Source: Hemiscyllium ocellatum
Lineage: Eukaryota
DNA length: 64,000 nt
Assembly: GCF_020745735.1 (NCBI RefSeq)
Contig: NC_083407.1
Location: forward strand, 89,333,857-89,397,856
Reading direction: 5' to 3'
Within the stretch, counting starts at the first letter, position 1. Each line of letters starts with the position of its first letter. Positions 37,054-48,252 of the stretch are shown piece by piece. The position numbers and the translations under genes were made by a program. The notes below the pieces were generated by a model. That model made no database searches, was not told the DNA's origin, and saw only the letters and a list, made by a program, of their open reading frames with translations.

Positions 37054-39948
37054 CTACACTAGCCCAATAACCTCCATATGCTTATCCAATGCCCGCTTAA
37101 ATGACCATAAAGAGGGAGAGTCCACCACTGCTACTGGTAAGGCATTCCATGAACTCACAACCCGCTGAGTAAAGAATCTACCCCTAACATCTGTCCTATA
37201 CCTACCACCCCTTAATTTAAAGCTGTGTCCCCTAGTAACAGCTGACTCCATTAGCGGAAAAAGGTTCTCACTGTCAACCCTATTTAAACCCCTAATCATC
37301 TTGTACACCTCTATCAAATCTCCCCTAAACCTTCATTTCTCCAATGAGAACAGCCCCAAGTGCCTCAGCCTTTCCTCATACGATCTTCCTACCATGCCAG
37401 GCAACATCCTGGTAAACCTCCTCTGCATTCATTCCAATGCCTCCACATCCTTCCTATAGTATGGCGACCAAAACTGCACACAATACTCCAGATGAGGCCG
37501 CACCAGTGTCTTATACAACTGCAACATGACCTCAGGACTCCGGAACTCAATTCCTCTACCAATAAAGCCCAGTACACCACATGCCTTCTTCACAGCACTA
37601 TTTACCTGGGTGGCAACTTTCAGAGATCTGTGTACATGGACACCAAGATCCTTCTGCTCATCCACACTACCAAGTAGCCTACCATTAGCCCAGTAATCCA
37701 TCTTCTTGTTACTCCTACCAAAGTGAATGACTTCACACTTAGCTACATTGAACTCCATTTGCCACCTTTCTGCCCAGCTCTGCAATTTATCTATATCCTG
37801 CTGTAACCTGCCACATCCTTCTTTGCTGTCCACAACTCCACCGACTTTTGTGTCATCCGCAAACTTGCTCACCCAGCTTTCAAGCCCCCTCCTCTAGGTC
37901 ATTTATAAAAATGACAAACAGCAATGGTCCCAAAACAGATCCTTGTGGAACGCCGCTAGTAACTGCACTCCAAGATGAACCTATACCATCAACTACTACC
38001 CTCTGTCTCCTTCCAGCCAGCCAATTCCTAATCCAAACCTTTAATGCACCCTCAATGCCATACCTCCGTAGTTTTTGCATTAGCCTACCATGGGGTACCT
38101 TATCGAACGCCTTGCTAAAATCCATATACACCACATCTACTGCTTTTCCCTCGTCCACTTCCTTGGTCACCTTCTCAAAGAACTCAATAAAGTTTGTGAG
38201 GCACGACCTGCCCTTCACTAAACTATGCTGACTATCCTTGATCACATTATTCCTATCCAGATGTTCATAAATTCTATCCCTTACAATTCTCTCTATGACT
38301 TTGCCCACAACAGAAGTGAGACTCACTGGCCTATAGTTACTAGGACTATCCCTACTCCCCTTCTTGAACAAGGGGACCACATTCGCTATCCTCCAGTCTT
38401 CTGGCACTATTCCCGTAGACAACGACGACATAAAAATCAAGGCCAATGGCTCCGCTATCTCCTCCCTAGCTTCCCAGAGGATCCTAGGATAAATGCCATC
38501 AGGCCCAGGGGACTTATCTATTTTCATCCTTTCCAGTATTCCCCAAACCTCTTCCCTACATACCTCAAGGCCATCTATTCTAATCACTTGTGACTCAATA
38601 TTCACATCAACAACAGTGTCCTGTTCCTGAGTGAATACTGACGAAAAGTATTGATTTAGTGTCTCTCCAATCTCCTCCGCCTCCACGCACAACTTCCCAC
38701 TACTATCCTTGACTGGACCGATACCTACCCTAGTCATCCTTTTATTCCTGACATACCTATAGAAAGCCTTTGGGTTTTCCCTAATTCTACCAACTAAGGA
38801 CTTTTCATGTCCCCTTCTCGCTGCTCTTAGCTCTCTTTTTAGATCCTTCCTGGCTACCTTATAACTCTCAATTGCCCCAACTGAACCTTCACGCCTCATC
38901 TTTACATAGGCCGCCCTCTTCCCTTTCACAAGCGATTCCAATTCCTTATTAAACCACGGCTCCCTCACAAGACCCTTTACTCCCTGCCTGACTGGTACAT
39001 ACTTATCAAGGACACCCAATAGCTGTTCCTTGAACAATCTCCACATATCATTTGTGTCCTTCCCTTGAAGCCTATTTTTCCAATCCACGCATCCTAAGTC
39101 ATGCCTCACCGCATCATAATTTCCCTGCCCCCAGCTATAACTCTTGCCCTGCAGTGCACACTTATCCCACTCCATCACTAGAGTAAAAGTCACCGAGTTG
39201 TGGTCACTGTCCCCGAAGTGCTCACCTACCTCCAATAATAACACCTGGCCTGGTTTATTACCTAGAACCAAATCCAGTATAGCCTCACCTCTTGTTGGCC
39301 TGTCTACATATTGTGTCAGGAAACCCTCCTGCACACATTGGACAAACACCGACCCATCTAACGAACTCAAGCTATAGCTTTCCCAGTCAATATCTGGGAA
39401 GTTAAAGTCCCCCATAACAATCACCCTGCTACTTTCACTCTTCTCCTGAATCATCCTCGCAATACTTTCCTCTACTTCTCTCAGACTATTAGGAGTCCTG
39501 TAGAAAACTCCTAACAGGGTGACCTCACCTAACTATTTCTAACCTCAGCCCAAACTACCTCAGATGGCAAGTCTTCCTCCATCGTCCTTTCCACCGCTGT
39601 AATACTATCCTTGACAAGCAATGCCACACCTCCCCCTCTTTTACCCCCATCTCTGACCCTTCTAAAACATTTAAACCCTGGAACCTGCAACAGCCATTCC
39701 TGTCCCTGTTCTACCCACGTCTCTGTAATGGCCATAACATCGAAGTCCCAGGTACCAACCCATGCTGCAAGTTCACCTACCTTATTTCTTATACTTCTGG
39801 CATTGAAGTATACACACTTCAAGCCACCTTCCTGTTTACAGGCACCCCCCTTTGAGATCGATGCCATGTTCCTAACCTCCCTACACTCAAGGTCCTGTAC
39901 CCTAAAGCTACAGTCCAGGTTCCCATGCCCCTGCAGAGTTAGTTTAAA
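37054..39948 (-). pseudogene. CR1 ORF2 (AP endonuclease plus reverse transcriptase), disrupted
   Basis: [52 protein letters not shown]. Frameshifts near 39530 and 37885; TGA stops at 37429-37431 and near 37335. Confidence 0.92.
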
Positions 39949-40864
39949 CCCTCCCAAAGAGCACTAGCAAACCTCCCCCCAAGGATACTGGTGCCCCTCA
40001 GGTTCAGGTGTAGACCATCCTGTTTATAGAGGTCCCACATTCCCCAGAAAGAACCCCAGTTGTCCAGAAACCGGAATCCCTCCCTCCTGCACCATCCCTG
40101 TAGCCACGCATTTAACTGTTCTCTCTCCCTATTCCTCGACTCTCTATCACGTGGCACGGGTAACAAACCAGAGACAACAACTCTGTTCGTTCTAGCTCTG
40201 AGCTTCCAACCTAGCTCCCTGAAAGCCTGCCTAACATCCTCACCCCTCTTCCTACCTATGTCATTGGTGCCAACCTGGACCACGATCTGGGGCTGCTCCC
40301 CCTCCCCCTTAAGGACCCGGAAAACACGATCAGCGACATCACGTACCCTTGCACCTGGGAGGCAACATACCAATCGTGAGTCTCTGTCGCCCCCGCAAAA
40401 CCGCCTATCTGTGCCCCTCACTATTGAGTCCCCAATAACTATCGCTCTACCTTTCTCCACCCTTCCCTTCTGAGCAACGGGGACAGGCTCCATGCCAGAG
40501 GCCTGAACCTCGTTGCTTACCCCTGGTAAGTCACCCCCCCACAAGTATCCAAAACGGTATACTTGTTCTTGAGGGGAATGACCGCAGCGGGTCCCTGCAC
40601 TGGCTGCTTCCTCTCACTCCCCCTCACTGTCACCCATCTCTCTATAACTTTCGGAGTAACTACTTCCCTAAAGCTCTGACCTATGACCACCTCTGCCTCC
40701 CGAATGATCCGCAGTTCATCCAACTCCAGCTCCAGTTCCCTAACACGGTCTTGGAGGAGCTGGAGATGGGTGCACTTCTTGCAAGTGTAATCAGCAGGGA
40801 CGCTAACGGCTTCCCTCACCTCATACATGTTGCAAGAGGAACATTGCACTGCCTTCGCTGCCAT
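39939..40864 (-). pseudogene. CR1 ORF1 (zinc finger/coiled coil plus SGNH/GDSL esterase), one frameshift
   Basis: CSSC..CKKC, LQDRVRELELEL, VIGDSIVRG, VGTNDI, DGLHLN. 1-nt loss in the G7 run at 40534-40540. Confidence 0.88.
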
Positions 40865-41186
40865 CCCTCTAAAAGGTAAACTTTAAAAACTAGATCTAAA
40901 GAAACAAACAAGTAAAATGCAGCACTTACCTGCTTACCACAATGGGTCTTATTATTAGGTTAGAGGAGGAGGGCGGGTGGGAGGTTCTACCCCTGTAGTG
41001 CCTCGGGTTCCTCGCCTGCGCGCTTTTATAAGAAAAACACCTTCCCAGGTAAGCTAGCGCGACACCAGCTTCCGGGTCCGCTAGGCGCTTAAAAAAACTT
41101 TAAATTTTAGCCGTTAAAAAAACAATAACTGGACTATACCGCGATTTAAAAAGAACACCACCAGACAGCCGTTACCTGCTCCGCCG

Positions 41187-42295
41187 ACATTATAATCCAT
41201 ATGTCAGGCTTTGCCCACTCACTAAGTCTATTTTGCTTTGAATCCTGTTTGCATCCTCCTCATGACCCACATTCTCAACAAGTCTCGCATCATCTGCAAA
41301 CTTGGAAACATCATATCTGGCATCAACATCAAAATCGTTGGTGTAGATTTTGAGCAGCTGGGGCCTAAGCACTGATCCTTGTGGTACCCCATTGGTCACA
41401 ACCTGCCAACCTGAGAGTACTCCATTTATCCCATACTCCCATTTCCCTCTGTGAAAAAAATCCACAATTCTTGCAGATTTCTTACCTCCAATCCCTTACC
41501 CTTCAATTTGATTTATTAGCCTCCTGAGTGAAATGTTATCAAAAGTCTTTTGAAAATCCAAATTCACTAGATCCAGTGGTTCCCCTTTATTGATTTTTAT
41601 GGCAACATTTTCAAAAAATTTAATCATGTTTTTTCAAAAAACATGATTTTCCTTCGTTAATCCATGTTGACTGTCCAGACAATGTTTTCTAAATATCCAG
41701 TAATCACATTCTTTGTGAAGGATTCCAGTAGTTTTCCTATTAGCAATGTCAGATGAATAGCCAACAGCTCTCTCTCCTCCTGTTCTGAAACAATGGGATT
41801 GCATTTTCAATGATGTGTTCTGCAGGCACTGTTCAATGTGGATGATTGGAGATGCCAGTGTTGGACTGGGGTGTACAAAGTTAAAATCACACAACACCAG
41901 GTTATAGCCCAGCAGGTTTATTTGGAAGCAATAGCTTTTGGAGCGCTGCTTGTTCATCAGGTGGCCTGATGAAGGAGCAGCGCTCTGAAAGCTAGTGCTT
42001 CCAAATTAACCTGTTAAGCTATAACCTGGTGTTGTGTGATTTTTAACTTTGATGATGGATGATCACCAATGCATGCACTATTTCTGTCGTCATCTCTTTT
42101 AGCATTCCAGGGTAAAGTTCATTGAGTCCTGGGGACTTGTCAACTTTCAGTCCCTTCAATTTGTCCAATACTCCTTTTTCACCGACCTTAATTTCTTCCC
42201 ATTCCACAATCTCACTCGGCCTTCGAATCTTTATCTCAGGGAGATTTATCGTGCAGTTCTCTGCAAAGGCAAACACAAAAGGCAGAATTTCATAG
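41187..42295 (-). mobile_element. Older decayed CR1 RT fragment (continues at 36860-36968; paralog about 52640-53360)
   Basis: [14 protein letters not shown] and VDKSPG motifs. Confidence 0.75.
41846..42051. mobile_element. Fold-back hammerhead element, family 2
   Basis: Inverted arms centred on catcaggtggcctgatg. tggatgat on both flanks; empty site in the paralog near 53160-53180. Confidence 0.82.
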
Positions 42296-42313
42296 TGAAC
42301 TATGAACATCTGC

Positions 42314-42444
42314 ATTCCTGATGAAGGGCTTTTTGCCCGAAACGTTGATTTCGCTGCACTTTGGATGCTGCCTGAATTGCTGTGCTCTTCCAGCACCACT
42401 GATCCAGAATCTGGTTTCCAGCATCTGCAGTCATTGTTTTTACC
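42314..42444 (+). mobile_element. Hammerhead element, family 1, single arm with intact core
   Basis: attc-CTGATGA-a-gggc-tttt-gccc-GAAA-cg-tt-ga at 42314-42349. Confidence 0.78.
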
Positions 42445-42446
42445 TC

Positions 42447-42900
42447 ACGGATTTTAGTAAGGCTTTCGACAAGGTCCATCGTGGTAAGGTCATCCAGAAG
42501 ACTAAGATGCATAAGATCCATGATGAATTATTTGCTTTAATTCAGAATTGGCTCACCCATAGAAGACAACAGGTAGTGGTGGAAGGGTGTTTTTCTGGCT
42601 GGAGGTTTGTGCCTAGTGGTGTTCTGCAGGGATCGGTATTGGGACTTCTGCTGTTTGTGATATATATAAATGATTTGGATGAAAATGTGGATGGGTGGGT
42701 TAGCAAGTTTGCAGATGTTACAAAGATCGGTGGAGTTGAAGAGAGTGTAGAAGGTTGTCAAAGGATAAAGCAGGATATAGATCAGTTGCAGATATGGGCA
42801 GAGAAATGGCAGATGGAGTTTAATCCAACTAAATTTGATGTTCTGGACTTTGGAAGATTAAATGTTAAGAAAAAGTATACAGTTAATGACAGGATCCTGT
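42447..42900 (+). mobile_element. CR1 RT fragment
   Basis: [22 protein letters not shown]. Confidence 0.85.
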
Positions 42901-43674
42901 GAGATATTGTTTTATAGGTACCTTTACCAACTCACCAGGTTGCAATATTCCTTAATATCACATTCCCATTCATTCATCCATAATTCTTTACTAGCTCGCT
43001 ACATTTACTAATTCCACATTCCCATTCATTCATTCACGACCCTTTACTAACCCATTATTTACTATAGTGCATTTTCATTAATTCATTCATAAAACCGCAT
43101 TTTCATAGTGCATTTTGCTGTTACAAGATGGAGTAAATTAACACATTTCTTCCAAACCCATTCCTGCTCCTTCACACCTTTAATCCTTATCAGACCTATT
43201 TGCATCAAAAGTTACCTTTGAATAAATATCAAAGACTACTTAACCTATTCAGAAACAATACCCCCACTGCCACTGTGTCTCCATGACTCACCCAAAACTA
43301 TGGAAAGCTTATAATATTAATCACCCCTTACCAATCATCTCTCAGGACCTGAATAGATTGCAGAACATCATACGGTTTCCCCAACTAGTAGGTATTTGTT
43401 AAATACATTAAACAGGACTGCTATCCCCTTTACCAACAAAACAGCGCTTCCATAAAACTGCATGAATGAATGAGAACTGTCAAAACTGGCAAATACCAAA
43501 TAAAATCTCATGATCCCAACTGTGATAATCAGTTTAATATCCTTTATTCTTTTATTAAGTAAAAGTATAATTTCTAACCTGTTTAGAGCATATAGGCCCA
43601 GTACTTTTACTAGCATTTACTAACTTAAAAGATAAAAGGACTGACATCTCTTAATTATGCAAGTTCTGACCAGA

Positions 43675-43832
43675 CAAAGTTAAAAAATCACACAACACCA
43701 GGTTATAGTCCAACAGGTTTATTTGGAAGCACTAGCTTTTGGAGCAATGCTCCTTCATCAGGTGGCTGTGGACACTGGTTTGTGTGATTTTTAACTTAGT
43801 GTACCTCAGTCCAACACCGGCACCTCCGAATC
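43675..43832. mobile_element. Fold-back hammerhead element, family 2 (one arm deleted internally)
   Basis: aagttaaaaaatcacacaa ... ttgtgtgatttttaactt inverted; similar caagt(t)ctgac on both flanks. Confidence 0.7.
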
Positions 43833-44151
43833 AAGTCTGACTGGACAGACATTCTAATCCCATTAGAAGTAACAGCCACCATTTAACAAATGTTCAAACC
43901 ATCTTTTTTATCCCCAGGACAGAAGTCATGAAAACCCTTGTGTACAATAGATAAAACAATGTAACACCATAGTGATAGAATTTTAATAGATATATGAGTG
44001 GTGTTTAAAGAAGCCACTGTAAGAACTGTATTTCAGGATTCCATCGCCTCCTCAGACTGTGCTACTGCTGTTGCTGAATAAAGGGGCTATTTTCGCCACG
44101 TACCAATTTTGATCACAATTTGAACACAATTCCACAAACCTGAACAACACT

Positions 44152-45735
44152 CATAGAATATAGAACATAGAACAACACAGCACAGAACAGGCCCTTCAGC
44201 CCTCAATGTTGTGCCAATCTGTGAACTATTCTCAGCACATCCCCCTATACTATCCCATCATCATCCATGTGCTTATCCAAGGATTGTTTAAATCTCCCTA
44301 ATGTGACTGATTTACTTATGTTGACAGGTAGGGCATTACATGCCCTTACCACTCTCTAGGTAAAGAACCTGCCTCTGACATTTGTCTTAAATCTATCACC
44401 CCTCAATTTGTAGTTATGCCCTCTCGTACAAGCTAACGTCATCATCCTAGGAAAAAGACTTTCATTGTCTACCCTATCTAATCCTCTGTCTCTATCAAAT
44501 CCCCGCTTAGCCTTCTTCTTTCCAATGAGAACAGACCCAAGTCTCTCAGCCTTTCCTCATAAGACTTTCCCCCCAGATGAGGTAACATCTTGGTAAATCT
44601 CCTCTGCACCTTTTCCAATGCTTCCACATTTTCCTGTTTTTGTCAGACCAGAACTGTACACAATATTCCAAGTGTTGCCACATTAGCGTTTTGTATAGCT
44701 GCATCATGATATTGCGGCCCTGGAACTCAATCTCTCTACCAAAGAAATCTAACACACCTCATGCCTTCTTAACAGCACTATCAACCTGGGTGGCAACTTT
44801 CAGGGATCTATGTACATGGACTCCAAGATCCTTCTGCACATCCACACTACCAAGAATCTTTCCATTGACCCAGTACTCTGCCTTCCCGTTATTCTTCCCA
44901 AAGTGCATCACCTCACAGTTAGCTGCATTGAACTCGATTTGCCACCTCTCAGCCCAGTTCAGCAGTTTATCCAAGTCCCCCTGCAACCTGTACCATTCTT
45001 CCAAACTGTCCGCTACTACACCAACTTCAGTGCCATCTGCAAATTTACTAATCCATTCACCTATGCCTGCGTCTACGTCATTTGTAAAAATGACAGACAG
45101 CAGTGGTCCCAAAACAGATCCTTGTGGCACACCACTAGTAACCAGACTCCAGGCTGAATATTTTCCATCAACCACCACTCGCTGCCTTCTTTCAGAAAGC
45201 CAGTTTCTAATCCAAACTGCTAAATCATCGTCAATTCCATGCCTCTGCATTTTCTCCAACAGCCTACCATATGGAACCTTATCAAAAGCTTTTCTGAAGT
45301 TCCATGTATAACACGTCAACTGTTCTACCCTCATCTACATGCTTGGTCACCCTCTCAAACAAACTCAATGAGGTTTGTGAGACTCTTGACAAAACCATGT
45401 TGACTATCTGAAATCAAATTGTTGCTTGCTAGATGATTATAAACCTTATCTTTTATAATCCTTTCCAAAACCTTTCCTACAACAAAAGTAAGGCTCACTG
45501 GTCTATAATTACCAGGGTCATCTCCACTGCCCTTCTTGAACAAGGGCACAACATTTGCAATCCTCCAGTTCTCTGGTACTAAACCTGTAGACAATGAACG
45601 ACTCAAATATCAAAGCCAAAGGCTCTGCTATCTCCTCCCTAGCTTCCCAGAGAATCCTCGGATAAATCCCATCGCCCAGGGATCTTGTCTACTTTCACTC
45701 CTTCTAGAATTGATAACACCTGTTCGTAATCTTTA
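44152..45735 (-). mobile_element. 5'-truncated CR1 (RT to 3' tail)
   Basis: ORFs 45355-45606, 44759-45334 and 44546-44755 carry RT motifs; agaacat tail. Confidence 0.88.
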
Positions 45736-46199
45736 ACACATGACGCCAAGAATCCCAGGAGGACCTGGCAGTGCCAAGTATCTCTCCCTCCAGCAAAATG
45801 GAAGATAGGACGTGCGGGTGCCTTGGAGGAGAAGTGGGTGGGTAATGAGGTGATTTTCGGAGAACACTGTGAGAAATCTCATTCGGCTCAGAGAGAAGAA
45901 TCCTCTATGAAAGTCACCAAAATTGACACAGAGCCAATTTTTCAGTAAAATTCAGCCCTGTGGGTGAATAATGAGCAGGTGGACGGCACTACCATCTAAT
46001 TCTTTGCTGGTGTGAAGCCTTAATACTCACTGTAATCTCAGTACTTCTGACGTAACCACCAATCAAGGTGGTATAATCTTCCAATATCTGCAAAACACTC
46101 CTCTCCCTTTCCTGACAATTGTTATATAGTTCATGGCTCTTGCTGGATTCATGTTTGTGGGCAAGGTATTCTACTTAGTTTTAACCTTGCTCCAAATTT

Positions 46200-47106
46200 A
46201 AAGGTCAAATTTTTTAGACTATTTTTAGAGGTTCAATTTATAGAATGCATGGGTGCTAGTTTTAAGTGGCTGAAATTCATGCTGTAGTTGGAAATACCAT
46301 ATTATTAGCAAAAGTTGGTTTGATCACTCAACTAATCCCAGGTAAAGGCGAAAATCACAAGAATTATGGTAAAGTCAATTAACAGATAAAAGCAGGAGAA
46401 ACCAGAATGAATTATTTGGAGGAAATTTTATTTATACATACCAGTATGAAAATTTAACATGTCAAAGATTCATTGAAATCCTGCAAAATCACACTGTTCA
46501 ACATCATGGCCTGGTATATTGGCACATTTAAAATATAACATTTATTAAATTCTAAATGTGTAAGCATCTTGAACCTTCCCTCAAATTCTTCCATTTCCCT
46601 CCCATTTACTCTCTTATGTTATGAGCCTCAGTAACATTAACAAATCTGTCAAAGAATTAAAGGTATATGTAGCTAATAGGTCTCACTTTTAATCAGATAT
46701 AGTGGCATAATTAAAATGATTAACTTTTTAAGAACATTAACATTTGGATGTACAGTGAACAAAGTGCGTTAATCACCGATAGACTTAGTACCTGTCTGAA
46801 TAAATGAATGAATCAAAACGCACTGTAGTAAACCAAATGGGCGAAGTGGAGTTATAAATGAAGGAATAGAGCTGTAATATAGCAAACAAAGAGCAATGAG
46901 TAGAGTTATCGGGATGAACGAATGAATGCAATTTTGCTTAACTGAGTTATGGGACCATGCAGTTTCCTTTGTAAGAGGTTTATAATGCAATAGAGTAGGA
47001 TTGCCGTTTACACGATATATATATATATTAAAATATAAGATTTTTTTGGCCAAAAGTAAGGGGTCAACTTTTACGAGATCGATTTTTACACGAGTGCATA
47101 TTGTAT
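46200..47106. mobile_element. Probable non-autonomous Tc1/mariner-pogo-type element
   Basis: About 900 bp absent from the paralogous unit (near 57310). Right end ...ggggtcaacttttac...tacacgagtgcatattgta resembles a TA-flanked TIR; left end unclear. Confidence 0.45.
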
Positions 47107-48252
47107 TTTTTTTGTTCAAACTACTGTCTACGACTCTTTCTCATCCATTTGATATACTAAAGTGTATTATGGAGCCAATTGTCTGCTTTACAGAATTCCA
47201 CGGCCACATTGGTGGGGGGAAACTCAGTCTGTTCAACAACTCACCGCTGCCTCTGTACAGCTTTCTAAGATTAATGTAAACATGATGTTGCCACTGAGTT
47301 CTTGGAATAAGCACCCCTTTCCCTGAGCTCACTCGTGGAGGGATGGTAAAACCTTTGGCAAGCCTTGGCTTCTGGATCTGATAGCAAGGTAACTTCATTT
47401 TCAAATTTTCCATGTTGTTAAGTTTTTTTTAACTTTAGTATTTATTTTTCATGTGCTGTGGGCATCATAGGCTACAAAAATATTTGTTGCTTCTGCCAAA
47501 TGCAATTGAAAACGTGACAGTGAGGCAGATTCTCAACCATTGCACTCCATGTGGTGTAGGACATGTTCCAATTCAAGGAGTGATGTATCCTCTCACTTCC
47601 ATCAAATTGGATGAAAAGATACCAGTGCAAATTTCCAGCTCCACATCTCTAAATGATTCAGATTCAAAATGATGAGGACCAGAATGAAACAAACCTGCAC
47701 AGAACAATGGGAAAGCATTGAGATGTTTAGTATTGGAATAAACCACCTTGACACACAGCATGCTAATATATGGAGATATGCTTATGCTAACACCAATTTG
47801 ATGTCATTTCTACATCAATTTAACAATATTTTTGAAAATCACAAAGGGGAAAAAGGTAGAAGTTTTAGACAAAAAAACAAGATACTCAAATTGAAGGATA
47901 CAGTCTCTCGTCATGTTCAGGAGGAGGGAACATTCTGCATTTTCATTGCTTGTGATACCATTAGTTCAAAGAAGCATCTGGAATGCCTCCTTTCTCAAAT
48001 TATTTGTGAACGAAATAATTAAAATGAGGTAAGAGCAAAATGAAAAGTTCCCATCAGCTGATTTTTAAAGGACATTTACAGAAGTGGATTTTGCACAGTA
48101 TGGGACAACATGGCTGTATTTTATTTTTGCTGATATATGGGGTCCTGACTCATCAGAATAATGATGCATTCTTTACATTCAGACCAGAGTACAAATAAAT
48201 ACCAGGAAACAGAGGCACATTCACTGAGTAGCTGTCCAACTGTGAACCTGAA

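Larger units (their letters stand above)
36969..41186 (-). mobile_element. Near full-length CR1 LINE (5'UTR, ORF1 esterase, ORF2 APE+RT, (ttctatg)n tail), inactivated
   Basis: CpG-rich 5'UTR; acatta duplicated at 36963-36968 and 41187-41192. Nested in an older CR1 that is uninterrupted in the paralog (near 52740-52780). Confidence 0.93.

Noticed and set aside
44640-45311. Long antisense ORFs over CR1 RT (223 aa here; others at 37848-38593 and 40060-40473)
   Set aside because: Shadow ORFs opposite LINE coding sequence, with no independent features.
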